In this document: positions 9,891-21,360 of the stretch, piece after piece
Layout of the letters: each line of letters opens with the position of its first letter
How positions within the stretch are numbered: the stretch's first letter is position 1
Virus record (IMG/VR): IMGVR_UViG_3300029288_001928
Coordinates: 32,001 to 96,000 of that record
Length of the DNA: 64,000 nucleotides
Source of the DNA: a virus
Taxonomy: Duplodnaviria > Caudoviricetes
Reading direction: 5' to 3' (one strand)
Position numbers and translations under genes: made by a program
The notes under the pieces: model-generated
Databases searched by the model: none
Told to the model about the DNA's origin: nothing
The model's input: the letters and a program-made list of their open reading frames with translations, nothing else

Positions 9891-12635
9891 ATGGCTAATA
9901 TAGGATCATTGTTTGATAAACTGATGTCTAAAAAACCAGATATGCCTATATCTGATCAAATAACTTCTCAAGTAGAGAATACATATAAATCTGTACAAGA
10001 ATTTACAGAATTAGCATCTAAAGAAATAAATGAAAGATTATTAAAACTAATAAAGACATTTAATACTAAAAAAGAAGATACTAATATAGATTCAACAATA
10101 ATAGGAACAAGTATTAGTGATATTCAAAAGATTTTAAACTCAAAAAATCTTGATGCTATTACTACTATTCTTAATAAAAAAGAAAAAGATAAACAAGATA
10201 CATTAAAAATATTACAAGAAAAAACAAAAAATATACATAAAGTTATGATAACAGGAATAAAATCTATTGATAATAAATTAAATGATACATACTTTGTTGC
10301 AGAAAAGATTTCAAATAATGTTCAATGGGCATTTTCAAAAACTTTTAAATTTGTTAAGTCTTGTTTACCGTATATCACATCAAAAGACATATTTTCGTTG
10401 AAGCCAATTACTTCATTATTAATGAAACCAGCTACGTTTATAAAAAATATGTCAAAAACTTTAATAAAGACAATAGCATGGCCAATATATGCAATGGGAA
10501 AATATACTAAAAAACTTTTAATGTTAGGATGGAAAGCCATAAAAACTATATTTTTGACATTACCATACGGGGTATTAAAAACAGCAGTTAGTATTGCGGG
10601 TAAAGGTATAGATAAATTTATGGAATGGACTGGTGGTTTGTTTTTAAAGATATTTGATTTTCCATGGATATTTGTATTGGGAATACCATTTATTTTATTT
10701 GTTGTGCCTAAAGTTTTTGATGCAGTATGGGGATTTGTTAGTAAAAATGTAAAATATTTATGGAAATTTCTTGATAAGCATCTTCAAGTATCTAAAATAT
10801 GGAATGAATGGATAATGCCAGGAATTGATAAATTTTGGACTTGGTTAACTGGAAAACCTTTTAATGCATGGTGGAAAGCACAATGGCCTACTATAAAAGG
10901 TTATATTAGAACATTTTTTGAATTTATTTTTGGAAAAGAATTGGTTTCTGATTTTATACAAACATCTTTTGAATTATGGGATTGGTTAAAACAAACATGG
11001 GAAGATATTAAATGGGTTTGGAATGCATCAAAAATAGTATTTGGATTTTTGTTTATTAGAAATGGACTACGTATAATACAATCAATAATTGTAAACGCAT
11101 TTAGACTGGTAAAATTTGTAGTAAATATAGGGGTATTCATTGCAAAGCAAGTTGGAAAAATTATTTCTTTTGTTGCGAAAAAGACTGCAACATTTGGAAG
11201 ATTTATTGCAAAACGTATTGCGGGGTTAATCGGTGTAATAAAAAGTACTATTTCAAAATTTATACCAAATTTTATAAAACGTGCAGTTGGATTCATGGGA
11301 AAATTATCAGGGTTTATATTTAAGAAATTATTTGGTAGTATTTTTGGAAAAATTGGAATGTTTTCAATTGCCAAAATTATTGGAAGAGGATTGTTAAAGT
11401 TTATACCATTTATTGGATTAGCATTAGATTTGTATGAAATCGGTAAAGCAATGTGGTATGCAGCAAAAGTAATAATTGCAAGAGCAGACGCAAGAGAAAC
11501 AGCAGAAAAATGGGTTGACATGAATCAAAAATTTTTAGCATCAATGGAGACAGATGCAGAAATAAGTAGTCAACAGATGACCGAATATACTTCAATGGGT
11601 ATGACTCCATTACAAGCAAAAAGTTTTGCAAAACGAAAGAATTTTTTGGATACATTAGCAAGAGCATCCGTATATTTAGGTAGTCAGTTTAATTCTATTG
11701 CCACATCTGCATTAAATGATCCACATGCAGAACAAACAGAAGTCGATTTAGGATTTTGGATAGAAAAACAAATGGCAAATTTATATAATCTTATATCTAA
11801 TACAATGAAAACCGGATTTTCTACTTCACTTCCTAGTTTAAAAAATATATTATCATATGCAGAAAATATTATAAATCAAGTTAAATTGGATTGGGCATCA
11901 ATGAAACAAAGTGCTGGCCAAAGAATAGATTCTGGCTGGTTTAGTAATAAAGATCTTGTTATAGGAGTAGATAGTAGTATACAAATGTTTAGTGAATTTA
12001 TAAAGAGATATTCACAATATGTAAAAGAATTAGAAATTGAACGAAATGAAAAGGCGTTTTCTAAATTTATTCCTGGAATGCAAGTTGATGACCTTAAAGA
12101 CATTGAAATATCGGGTAGAGCAGCAGATTTATATAAAGATTATCAATATGATGCATTAAGAGATCTTGACGATGTTTTAAAGCCAGAAGCAAAACAAAAA
12201 TTATTAAAGGCTATACAATTATCTATACAAAATGGTCCTAGTGCAGAAAAATATATTATGGCCGCTATACAAAAATTTACATCAAATCGTACATACATAA
12301 ATACAGTGTTTTCGGCAATACAAAGTGCAAGTAAATATTATATTGAAGCAAGTAGAAATTCTATATCAATTCCATCTAATTTTACAGATGAAGATCTACA
12401 AAGATTTGAGTTTGGTGGGGTTTTGGCAGCAACACCAAACAAGACTAAAGTAATAAAATTAAATACAGAAGGGAAAGAATATATAATTAAACAATTAGAT
12501 GATATTAAGATCCCAGAAATAGAGGGAAAAGATCAAAAACAAAATATAACTATAATAGAGGAAGAAAATATTATGGTTGAATCATATGAATTATACGCAA
12601 TGGATAAAATGAGCAAAGGAATTTTAGGAGTTTAA
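9891..12635 (+). CDS. Tape-measure-like protein 2 (paralogue of the previous gene)
   Basis: Same architecture; LLKFIPFIGLAL motif typical of T4-like tape measure/gp29 proteins. Confidence 0.55.
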   Translation: MANIGSLFDKLMSKKPDMPISDQITSQVENTYKSVQEFTELASKEINERLLKLIKTFNTKKEDTNIDSTIIGTSISDIQKILNSKNLDAITTILNKKEKDKQDTLKILQEKTKNIHKVMITGIKSIDNKLNDTYFVAEKISNNVQWAFSKTFKFVKSCLPYITSKDIFSLKPITSLLMKPATFIKNMSKTLIKTIAWPIYAMGKYTKKLLMLGWKAIKTIFLTLPYGVLKTAVSIAGKGIDKFMEWTGGLFLKIFDFPWIFVLGIPFILFVVPKVFDAVWGFVSKNVKYLWKFLDKHLQVSKIWNEWIMPGIDKFWTWLTGKPFNAWWKAQWPTIKGYIRTFFEFIFGKELVSDFIQTSFELWDWLKQTWEDIKWVWNASKIVFGFLFIRNGLRIIQSIIVNAFRLVKFVVNIGVFIAKQVGKIISFVAKKTATFGRFIAKRIAGLIGVIKSTISKFIPNFIKRAVGFMGKLSGFIFKKLFGSIFGKIGMFSIAKIIGRGLLKFIPFIGLALDLYEIGKAMWYAAKVIIARADARETAEKWVDMNQKFLASMETDAEISSQQMTEYTSMGMTPLQAKSFAKRKNFLDTLARASVYLGSQFNSIATSALNDPHAEQTEVDLGFWIEKQMANLYNLISNTMKTGFSTSLPSLKNILSYAENIINQVKLDWASMKQSAGQRIDSGWFSNKDLVIGVDSSIQMFSEFIKRYSQYVKELEIERNEKAFSKFIPGMQVDDLKDIEISGRAADLYKDYQYDALRDLDDVLKPEAKQKLLKAIQLSIQNGPSAEKYIMAAIQKFTSNRTYINTVFSAIQSASKYYIEASRNSISIPSNFTDEDLQRFEFGGVLAATPNKTKVIKLNTEGKEYIIKQLDDIKIPEIEGKDQKQNITIIEEENIMVESYELYAMDKMSKGILGV

Positions 12636-12636
12636 A

Positions 12637-14535
12637 ATGCCAGATCAAAATATTGTTCAGGAAATGATGAATACTGCAAATGATATAACTATTGCAACAA
12701 ATAATGAAGAAAGAGCAAAAGAGGAATTTGATCGTAGAAATGCGCAAATAACTACGACGCTCAACAATCATACAGAAAATAATGAAGATTTGGATGAAAA
12801 TTTAACTGGAATTAATAATACAGCAGATATAGTTTCTGATATAGATCCTGCCGTAAGCGAATATGCATTAAAATATTCGGAACTTGTTGCATCCGGAAAT
12901 CCTGCATCGTTTGCATTATCACAGACATTATTAGCAGATTTAAATGATAAGATTACTTCAGATGATTATACAGAATATGAAAAAGAATATTTACAGGAAC
13001 TATCTACATATGTAGAAAATACTAGTATTAATCTTTCAAACAATCCAGATATAAACGAACAATATTCTTCATGGAACTCTGCTAAAATAACATATAGTAC
13101 TGCGCAAACCGAAAAGGATTCTGAAATTTCTGCATTATTAGTATTAAGAGATCAAGATCCAGAAGCATTTGAAATTGCAAAAACAAAATTAGATACTGCA
13201 TCAAGACAAGCATTAGATTCAGCATTAGATCGTAGAGATCCATTAAATGAAAGATCTACTGGAAATTTGGATGCAGATTCAATTGCATCTCAAAATAAAT
13301 TTTTAGTATCTTCTTTGTCAGATCCATCTCAATCTCTTCCACCATTTTATTTACAATTTCCAACTATAAAAACTATAACAGATTTTCACTTACGAAATGG
13401 ATTTTCCCCATATGGTCAGCAAAGTCCGTCTGATGTTGCAAGAGATGCTATACATGTAAATATATTTAAAGGCGAATTAGGAAATATGACAGAACAGATT
13501 ATTCCAGGAACAACAATGAAAACCATGTCATTACAAAATGCATCCGAATCTGTCATGGGGTCATTTACAATATATCCAAATAATCCAGATTGGTTACAAA
13601 TGTCACACAATCATACTTATTCGGATGAAAATCCTCTAGCATTTATAGCTAATCCAATGCTTCAATTTGTTAATACTACATCAAATTTATTGGGTGCTGT
13701 TAATAATCTTGCTGGCGGAAAAGATTATACTAAAGTAACTAGAAGATTTGATTTTATAGATCAATATCAAACCACAGAAAAAATACAATTAAATATACCA
13801 TTTATTTTGTTTACAAAGGGTGATTTTATTAATGATATTTTTAATCCTATAATGTTTTTGACTGCATTATCATATCCACAAAGATTATCAGAAGATCCGT
13901 TGGCAGGACAAATAACAGATTCGACCAATTTAATATTGAATTCTTTAGGGGGAGAAGGTACATCAACAAGAAATGAAGATGAATTAACAACAACACAAAA
14001 AACAATTAAATCTGTTGGACAATTTGGAAGCGAAGGCGCAGATAAAGTTAATGATATAGTACAAAAATATGGAAATATGGGGGCATTTAGATATATTATT
14101 ACACAAAGACCAGAATATTTGAGTATAAGACATGCATCTGGGTTATTTTTCTTTAAACTAGCAGTTATTACAAACTTTTCATATGCGTTTAAAGGTCCAT
14201 GGATAAATTCTACAGGAGATATTCTGTCAGAACAAGGCGCATTTAATCCTAATACAGCATCAAAGGTTTTTAATTCATTTTTGTCTAATAGAAGAAGAGG
14301 AAAGATGCCTTATGCATTTCCGTCAATAGCAGAATGTACAATAGGTATAAAAGCAGTAGAACCTATGTTTAGAAATGACTGGTTAGAATTATTAAATGCG
14401 GGGGATGATTCGTCAGGAAAGGGTATTGTTCGGGTAAGTGAAACAAGAACAGGTACAGTAAATTCCGAAGGTAAAAAAATAACACCAATTAATTTAGAAC
14501 AATCAATAGGATCTAGAAATACTAGAAGAGGATAA
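12637..14535 (+). CDS. Putative baseplate/tail tube-associated protein
   Basis: Long ORF in the tail operon; function inferred from context only. Confidence 0.35.
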   Translation: MPDQNIVQEMMNTANDITIATNNEERAKEEFDRRNAQITTTLNNHTENNEDLDENLTGINNTADIVSDIDPAVSEYALKYSELVASGNPASFALSQTLLADLNDKITSDDYTEYEKEYLQELSTYVENTSINLSNNPDINEQYSSWNSAKITYSTAQTEKDSEISALLVLRDQDPEAFEIAKTKLDTASRQALDSALDRRDPLNERSTGNLDADSIASQNKFLVSSLSDPSQSLPPFYLQFPTIKTITDFHLRNGFSPYGQQSPSDVARDAIHVNIFKGELGNMTEQIIPGTTMKTMSLQNASESVMGSFTIYPNNPDWLQMSHNHTYSDENPLAFIANPMLQFVNTTSNLLGAVNNLAGGKDYTKVTRRFDFIDQYQTTEKIQLNIPFILFTKGDFINDIFNPIMFLTALSYPQRLSEDPLAGQITDSTNLILNSLGGEGTSTRNEDELTTTQKTIKSVGQFGSEGADKVNDIVQKYGNMGAFRYIITQRPEYLSIRHASGLFFFKLAVITNFSYAFKGPWINSTGDILSEQGAFNPNTASKVFNSFLSNRRRGKMPYAFPSIAECTIGIKAVEPMFRNDWLELLNAGDDSSGKGIVRVSETRTGTVNSEGKKITPINLEQSIGSRNTRRG

Positions 14536-14537
14536 TT

Positions 14538-14945
14538 ATGGCTAAAATAAATAATACACCAATTACAAGTTTTATAAACTTTTTTAAAAACATAATATAT
14601 GATGATTCTATAGAATCCAATTATTCGTTAGATATTTGGGACGCATATGTTATTTCTCCATTTTTTAAAAATGAAATATCATATTTTTTAACTCATATTG
14701 TTAAAACTGGAGATAATTGGGTTGCATTAGCAAATAAATATTATAAAAATGATAGATTGTGGTGGGTAATACCATTATTTAATGATACAGAAAATCCATT
14801 TTTAATTTTCGACAAAGACTTATATAATAATGAGACAAAAGAAATAAAAATATTAAAACCACAATATATAGAACAATTAATTATGATTGCTAGACAAGAA
14901 AAAATATTAAACGATAGATTATTAAAAGAAGGAAAAATTAATTAA
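14538..14945 (+). CDS. Baseplate wedge protein (gp53-like, LysM-like)
   Basis: HIVKTGDNWVALANKYYKNDRLWWVIPLFNDTENP. Confidence 0.7.
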   Translation: MAKINNTPITSFINFFKNIIYDDSIESNYSLDIWDAYVISPFFKNEISYFLTHIVKTGDNWVALANKYYKNDRLWWVIPLFNDTENPFLIFDKDLYNNETKEIKILKPQYIEQLIMIARQEKILNDRLLKEGKIN

Positions 14946-16315
14946 TGGATAATAATCAGCCAATAGGTTCAGTTGATATATCAGAATCATCAGTAATGAT
15001 ATACATTACTCCTGGACCATTGTTTGATAATTTTGATCCTAAAAAGAAATATGATAATGTAATATCAGAAGTCATTGCAATGGAAATACATTCATCTATA
15101 GAAAGTTTTTATAGATATGGATTTGTCGTTATTCCAGATAGAATTGGTATGAGAGAATCTTTATCATTAACAGGAAATGAAATAATAACAGTAAGATATT
15201 CTAATTCGGTCGCAACATCTTTAGTTCCTCCAAAATCTATTCATTTTAATATTTATGATATGGAAGAAGTTGCATTAAATAATGAGTATAAAGATAGATA
15301 TACAAATAAAGCTATTAAATTACATCTTATAGAAGCACCATTCTTTTTAACATATAATATGAAAGTTTGGTCTAAAGTGTATGGAAAAGATTATGGAACA
15401 GCACAAGAAACACTTAAATTAAACAAAATATTTGAAAATCATTTAATAAATGATCTAAAAATAACAAATACAAACATAGTTAGCTTAGATTTAAATGATA
15501 TGTCAACTGATATGTATTGGATAAATCCATCATGGAAATCACAAAAAATGTTTAGTTATTTATTGCAATTTGCAAGAGATACAAATAATAATGGTAATGT
15601 AAAGTTTTTTACAACATCTGATGTGTTTGAAGATAAAATTATTTTAAACCTTAAAAGTGTAAATCAAATGTTCGATGTTAAAAATTTATATCAATATACT
15701 ATTGTAAACGTCGGACCTTTAGAACAATCTGGACTTGATGTAGGACAACGTGCTCCAAAATCATTAAACCATATTATTGATTTTAAGTTGAAATCTTATG
15801 ATTTATTAAGTTTAACATCTGGATTACCAGGAGGATATATTTACAACAGAGATTATTTAAGTAATAAGAGATTTATTCAGTTGGATAATTATGCATCAAC
15901 AAATAGAACAGAAAAGTATTTTTCAAATAATGCATTATGGCTGGAAGATATATCTGCATGGGATAATGCAGCATACACTATAGGAAGTATGCCTATTAAT
16001 CTTGCTAAAGCATATTTAAATAATAAAATTATAGACCAAAAATATCAATTAAAATGTTTGGCAGATTGTTATTTAAATCATGAAAGAAACTGTGGAGATA
16101 AAGTAAATATAATATTCCCGCCAGCAGGAGGCGCAATAGATAATGCAAAATATATAGATGAACATATGTCAGGAGATTGGATAATCCAAGAGATGATAGA
16201 CGTTATTACAAATAATAGAGGATATACTAATATAACATTTATTAAAGATTCATTTTATTATGATCATAGAATGCCAGGAGTAGAACCTATACAAAAGATA
16301 ACTTTCAAGGAATAA
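14945..16315 (+). CDS. Putative baseplate hub protein (gp27-like)
   Basis: SSIES...G.V.I.D..G..E.L.LTGNE N-terminus; GDKVNI...SGDWII C-terminus. Confidence 0.5.
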   Translation: MDNNQPIGSVDISESSVMIYITPGPLFDNFDPKKKYDNVISEVIAMEIHSSIESFYRYGFVVIPDRIGMRESLSLTGNEIITVRYSNSVATSLVPPKSIHFNIYDMEEVALNNEYKDRYTNKAIKLHLIEAPFFLTYNMKVWSKVYGKDYGTAQETLKLNKIFENHLINDLKITNTNIVSLDLNDMSTDMYWINPSWKSQKMFSYLLQFARDTNNNGNVKFFTTSDVFEDKIILNLKSVNQMFDVKNLYQYTIVNVGPLEQSGLDVGQRAPKSLNHIIDFKLKSYDLLSLTSGLPGGYIYNRDYLSNKRFIQLDNYASTNRTEKYFSNNALWLEDISAWDNAAYTIGSMPINLAKAYLNNKIIDQKYQLKCLADCYLNHERNCGDKVNIIFPPAGGAIDNAKYIDEHMSGDWIIQEMIDVITNNRGYTNITFIKDSFYYDHRMPGVEPIQKITFKE

Positions 16316-16440
16316 AATATGGAAATGGAAATGTTTATTTTTAAAACAATGGAAATCGAAACAACTATATATTTTGTTTTAGATCTTGAATCATTTTTAT
16401 TCCAAGATGATATAGAATCTGCAATATATAAATAATTATA

Positions 16441-17097
16441 ATGATTAATAAAGTAATCAAAACTATTTTAAATGAAGGACTTATAACAATTCCAGAAGAA
16501 ATATATTCCTGGATTAATAATAATATTGAAAAATTATACAAATTATTGAAAACTAAACCACTATCAGAAAAATTATTGTTTGATTCATTTAGTTTTATTA
16601 ATCCATATTTTAAAAACCAAGATCCACAACCTATTGATATATGGATAATTAGAGATACAAAAAATGTAAAAGATGGTGAGGCATCTTTCTATGTTTCTAC
16701 AGAAAAAGGAATGTTTATAAATTCCGAATATAATTTTGTTAATATTGATCAATTATACGATATATTGGTTCATGAATTTGTTCATGCAGTAGATCCAAAA
16801 AATAATAAAGATCAAGAATTAAGATTAAAATCTAATGATTATAAAGATATAATCAATGATAAACATAGATCCGCCATAGAAATAGATGCATATACAAAAT
16901 CAATAATAACTACATTAAAACGGTTGCTTCCAAATAAAGAATTAGAAGAAAAATTAAAAGATTTTATTAAAAACGATCAAGAATTTCCTCTTTTACCCCA
17001 AGGATATCATGCCTACCAAAAATTTGTTGATAAAATCTCTATTGATAAAAAAATATTAACAAGATTTAAAGAGAAATTGGCTAAATTTCTATTTTAA
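16441..17097 (+). CDS. Hypothetical protein with an HExxH zinc-metallopeptidase motif
   Basis: LVHEFVHAVD...EIDAY. Confidence 0.5.
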   Translation: MINKVIKTILNEGLITIPEEIYSWINNNIEKLYKLLKTKPLSEKLLFDSFSFINPYFKNQDPQPIDIWIIRDTKNVKDGEASFYVSTEKGMFINSEYNFVNIDQLYDILVHEFVHAVDPKNNKDQELRLKSNDYKDIINDKHRSAIEIDAYTKSIITTLKRLLPNKELEEKLKDFIKNDQEFPLLPQGYHAYQKFVDKISIDKKILTRFKEKLAKFLF

Positions 17098-17411
17098 GCT
17101 ATTTGAAAGCTAAATAAATTCCATTTATGTTGTATATTCATAATACAATAATCTGTTGAATATATTTTAGACTCATTAAATTCTTTATTTGATCTATACT
17201 TATAAAGATCATCTACTATTTCTAATAAATTTTCATTTTCTAATGTTTTAACACATTCTTTTAATTGTTTCATATTTGTTTTATAATTTGCGTTAATTAT
17301 TGAATAAAGAGAATTGAATGTTAATGGGCTGTTAAAATTTGATACAATTTCCAGCACAATACGTTTTAGGTTTGTGTCCATTTTAGTATTCCTCAGTTTT
17401 AATATTTTCAT
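17094..17411 (-). CDS. Hypothetical protein, possible winged helix
   Basis: LKECVKTLENENLLE pattern. Confidence 0.35.
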   Translation of the reverse strand: MKILKLRNTKMDTNLKRIVLEIVSNFNSPLTFNSLYSIINANYKTNMKQLKECVKTLENENLLEIVDDLYKYRSNKEFNESKIYSTDYCIMNIQHKWNLFSFQIA

Positions 17412-17609
17412 TTTTAATTAGTTAATCGGATAAAATCTTATATAACTTGTAGGGCATATAATCAATATGTTTCCCTCCTTTTGAGTGTAAATTATTTTAA
17501 ATAACACTCTATAAACCATTTACATCAGTATTTAGAACGACATTTTATAATTTTTTGATAAAATATTTAATGGTATTTTTGGTATAAATATATCAATAGA
17601 GGACAATTA

Positions 17610-18386
17610 ATGAGAGATAAAATAATAAAAATATTCGAATCATCTGTTATTACTAATCAGCCATTACTAAAAAAGACTGAATTAGATCAAAATCAATTTG
17701 TTCGTGTTTTAGTATCAAAACCAGGAGATATTAATATAATTTTAGCTAGAACCTCGTCATTAATCACTGGAGATACCCCAGAAAAGACTAAACAAATGCT
17801 TATTAATGAGATATTAGAAGTTTTAGAACGTTCCGAAGCATCAAGAATATTTGTTGGTCTAGGTCTCCAAGAATCATATCACGTTTATAAAGGGTTTCCT
17901 GTTAGAAAAGGAGAAAAGTTTTCAGATTTACCAGAACAAGGTTCCGAAATTCAATTAGATACTCCTGCATTATATCAGTCATGGACAGTAGATCCTACTA
18001 ACGGTCGTCAAATTGCAACTATGTTCGATCCAGCAAAAGGCGATCCGGTTGGGGGTTTATTAGTAGATTCTCATATTGCTAATAAAAAAATAATATTTGA
18101 TGTAAATGCAGTAATCAGAACATGTAAAAAGTATTATAAAATAATTGCAAATTATAACCTAAAAGCACCACAAGGAAAATCTATATCTAATAAAAATGTA
18201 GATTTCCTTGCAACGGAAACACAATATTATCACGATATATATGAATTACTAACTGATCCATCTATAGTAAGTGTAAAGGTCACAGATACATGGAAATGGA
18301 ATGTTAGCGGGGGCAGAAAGGTTCCTCAATGGAAAACATCAGCAGATACTCAACAAAAACCACCAGTGACAGGGGATACACAATGA
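17610..18386 (+). CDS. Hypothetical late protein (probable virion-internal)
   Basis: Late promoter, RBS GAGGA, N-terminal IIKIFE motif. Confidence 0.55.
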   Translation: MRDKIIKIFESSVITNQPLLKKTELDQNQFVRVLVSKPGDINIILARTSSLITGDTPEKTKQMLINEILEVLERSEASRIFVGLGLQESYHVYKGFPVRKGEKFSDLPEQGSEIQLDTPALYQSWTVDPTNGRQIATMFDPAKGDPVGGLLVDSHIANKKIIFDVNAVIRTCKKYYKIIANYNLKAPQGKSISNKNVDFLATETQYYHDIYELLTDPSIVSVKVTDTWKWNVSGGRKVPQWKTSADTQQKPPVTGDTQ

Positions 18387-20026
18387 CTGCGTTGCAAAAA
18401 TTAAAAATGATGGAAGATGAAATTACATCAGTGGAAAAAAAGAGAAGAGAACTTAAAAAATCTATAAAAGATTTTATGGATGATGATACATATAAACTTT
18501 ATATATCATTGGAACAAGATAATAAGAATAAAGCTAAAATAGCAATTCAGAATGCATTGAATGACCAAAATAAGGGATTAAAGAAAATAGTTATTTTACA
18601 ATTACAACGATTGATTGCATCACAAAAATCATTAGAAAAAAGACAATCTGAATTAACCGAAAGTTTGACATATGATGAGTTAATAGGACTATTTCCATCT
18701 TTATTACCAATATATAATAAATTGAATGAACATTATCAAGCTAAATTTAATGAATGGCTAAATGAAAAGTTTAAAATTGCATTATTTGCAGTATCAAAAA
18801 GAATAATGACTGAATTAAATTTTATTGAAGAAAAGACACCAGAAGCAAAACAAGACGCAGTAGACGCAAGAGAAACTGTGGTTTCTGCTGCAAAAGAGGC
18901 AAATAAGCCTATTGATACATCAGAAAAAACTCCGGAACCTACACCAGAAACATCAGAAGTACCACCAGAAGATAAACCACAAAATATCATAGATGTTTTA
19001 AAAGGTTTGAAAACTAATATAGTAGATGCAAAATCATTTTTAATTGAAAAGGGGTTATTAGCTCAGAGGTCTGTAAAATTATTTTTTGATACGTTACCTA
19101 AAAAATTGCAACTTAAAGTTATTAATAATATTATAAAATTTTTAAAAGAATATTCCGTTAAAAAACAAAAACAAGTATCTGCTGTATCAGAAGCAAAGAT
19201 AACACCAGAAGAACTAGGATTGCCTTCTGGAACTAGAATTGGATCAAAAGTATTATCAAGTCAAATTTTTAATATTTTAAAGACTATTTATTCCCAGGCA
19301 AAAGAAGAAGGAAATTTAGTAGAACCAACACCAGTAGAAGAACCAACACCAGTAGAAGAACCAACCTCAATAGAAGAACCAACCCCAATAGAAGAACCAA
19401 CCCCAATAGAAGAACCAACACCAGTAGAAGAACCAACACCAGTAGAAGAACCAACACCAGTAGAAGAACCAACACCAGTAGAAGAACCAGAACCAGTACC
19501 AGTAGAAGAACCAAAAGGACCAAATATGCCGACAAATACTCCATCACAAAAACCTGATTTGATAGTATCTGGTGGCAAAAAAGCAAAAATTGCTATTAAA
19601 AAGAATCCTGATGGATCATATGTATTGCAATATTTAAATAAAGATGGTATTTCACAAACACCATTAAAATTAAATAACTTAGAAAAATTAAGTAGTAAAA
19701 TTCAGCAATTAAAAGATGAATTGATGATTCCCGATTCAGAAATGCTAAAATATAATACATTTATTAATCCAAAAGCAGCATTAACCACAAGACCAGAATT
19801 ATCACAAAGTGAAGATTCTTTAGATAACGAACCTATTGAAGAAGAATCAATAAAAAATACAATTTTAAAAATATTTGAAGATGATTTGGATGAAGCAGTA
19901 GATCCAGCAGTTGAAAAAGCAAGACGAGCAAAAGAAATAGAAACTAAAGAAACTAAAGAAGCACTAATTGCTAAACAAAAATCTCTTAATGCACAACAAG
20001 AATTAATTAAAAACAGATTAAAATAA
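18383..20026 (+). CDS. Hypothetical late protein with PTPVEE repeats
   Basis: ORF track 18329-20026; probable start ATG 18383 overlapping the upstream stop. Confidence 0.6.
   Translation: MTALQKLKMMEDEITSVEKKRRELKKSIKDFMDDDTYKLYISLEQDNKNKAKIAIQNALNDQNKGLKKIVILQLQRLIASQKSLEKRQSELTESLTYDELIGLFPSLLPIYNKLNEHYQAKFNEWLNEKFKIALFAVSKRIMTELNFIEEKTPEAKQDAVDARETVVSAAKEANKPIDTSEKTPEPTPETSEVPPEDKPQNIIDVLKGLKTNIVDAKSFLIEKGLLAQRSVKLFFDTLPKKLQLKVINNIIKFLKEYSVKKQKQVSAVSEAKITPEELGLPSGTRIGSKVLSSQIFNILKTIYSQAKEEGNLVEPTPVEEPTPVEEPTSIEEPTPIEEPTPIEEPTPVEEPTPVEEPTPVEEPTPVEEPEPVPVEEPKGPNMPTNTPSQKPDLIVSGGKKAKIAIKKNPDGSYVLQYLNKDGISQTPLKLNNLEKLSSKIQQLKDELMIPDSEMLKYNTFINPKAALTTRPELSQSEDSLDNEPIEEESIKNTILKIFEDDLDEAVDPAVEKARRAKEIETKETKEALIAKQKSLNAQQELIKNRLK
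19325..19486 (+). repeat. 18-bp coding tandem repeat, 9 copies (ccaacaccagtagaagaa; PTPVEE/PTPIEE)
   Basis: Directly visible. Confidence 0.95.
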
Positions 20027-20039
20027 TAGGGGAAATATT

Positions 20040-21053
20040 ATGGATCAGAAATTGGATGAAGTTAAAAAAGAAACTGTAATAGAACCAATTGTATCATTAC
20101 CAATATCAAATCAACTTGAATTTCTGAGAATATTGCATCCGAATAAAGATGTTGTTAAAAAATATGCTGAACGGTTTGAAACATTAATGGATATATCACC
20201 AGAAGATAGAGATAATAATGAATTAAAAAGATTAACACATGCAATAAAAATATTATCAAAAAGCGTGGAAAAAGAATATGAAAAATATTCTAAAGAACAA
20301 AATGTAGATAAAGAAAAATCTAAAACTGAACATTTCAATAAATTAATATCAGAATTAAAATCACAAACTGATTCACAATATCAAGTAGCTAAAGAAAAAA
20401 TAAATGCGTTAATAGAAAATCGTGGTAATGAAGAAGGAATAAAACAGAAAGCAAATGAACAGTTAGAAAAATTAGAAAAGTCTAAAAATGGATTTGATGA
20501 ATTATATGTTAAAGAATTTTCAAATGAAGAAGAAAAACATAAAGAATTATCAAAAGTGTCACATGAAATTAATATGAATATTAATAATACAAATAAATTA
20601 ATTAAATATGGAAAACTGTTAAGTGGTGAAGAACAAACAAGTAAAGTAGGTGATAATTGGATTAAAAATATAAAAAAGAGTAATAAACAAAAACCAGTAC
20701 AAAAACAAAAATTATCAGGAATAGAAAAATTAGCAAGAAAAATTGCTGATATAAAAGAACCAGCATCTAATACAGATATAGAACCAGTATCAAATGAAAT
20801 AAAAGAACCAGAATCACAAAAAGAAATAAGTTTAGATACATTATTAAATCAACTTAATTCTTTAACACCAGAAGAAATAGAAGGAAATGAATTAGATCCA
20901 GAAATGATTGATTATGCAAAGGCAAATCCATCAGAGGAATCCGTAAATGCTGCATTAGATGGAATGTCAGTTGAAGAATTTAATCAACAATATGCATTAA
21001 AAGAACAAAAAATAAAAATTAAAAATAATATTTTAAAAATATTTAATGATTAA
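20040..21053 (+). CDS. Hypothetical coiled-coil protein
   Basis: ORF; C-terminal IKNNILKIFND resembles IKNTILKIFED in the previous gene. Confidence 0.55.
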   Translation: MDQKLDEVKKETVIEPIVSLPISNQLEFLRILHPNKDVVKKYAERFETLMDISPEDRDNNELKRLTHAIKILSKSVEKEYEKYSKEQNVDKEKSKTEHFNKLISELKSQTDSQYQVAKEKINALIENRGNEEGIKQKANEQLEKLEKSKNGFDELYVKEFSNEEEKHKELSKVSHEINMNINNTNKLIKYGKLLSGEEQTSKVGDNWIKNIKKSNKQKPVQKQKLSGIEKLARKIADIKEPASNTDIEPVSNEIKEPESQKEISLDTLLNQLNSLTPEEIEGNELDPEMIDYAKANPSEESVNAALDGMSVEEFNQQYALKEQKIKIKNNILKIFND

Positions 21054-21337
21054 TTTGATCCTAAATGTTCTTTTCCATCTTTGTCAATCCATTTAAGTTT
21101 GTAACAATATCCAACATTAAACCATCCAAGTATTTCTATTTGATGTTCGTGAACTAATGAATGACAGTTCGAACATAATGGAATTAAGTTATCTGGTTTA
21201 TTAGATCCACCTTGATTTCTTTCTTTTATATGATGTATTTCTATAAGGTTTCTAAATCTTTTATCTTTAGATTTTTTACAATTCTTAATACCACAAAAGT
21301 AGCATGACTCATGATCACACAATAACTTATATTTCAT
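21050..21337 (-). CDS. Small HNH endonuclease
   Basis: CYFCG...IEIHHI...GGSNKPDNLIPLCSNCHSLVH. Confidence 0.85.
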   Translation of the reverse strand: MKYKLLCDHESCYFCGIKNCKKSKDKRFRNLIEIHHIKERNQGGSNKPDNLIPLCSNCHSLVHEHQIEILGWFNVGYCYKLKWIDKDGKEHLGSN

Positions 21338-21360
21338 TTTTACATTATAACATTTTTTAA

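Noticed and set aside
7508-13610. Numerous minus-strand ORFs inside structural genes
   Set aside because: Antisense frames without RBS or recognisable motifs.
19325-19486. Possible CRISPR array
   Set aside because: Contiguous 18-bp in-frame repeats without spacers. I saw no repeat-spacer array near tnpB either.
19284-19586. Minus-strand ORFs with LLVLV and GVGSST repeats
   Set aside because: Antisense shadows of the PTPVEE coding repeat.
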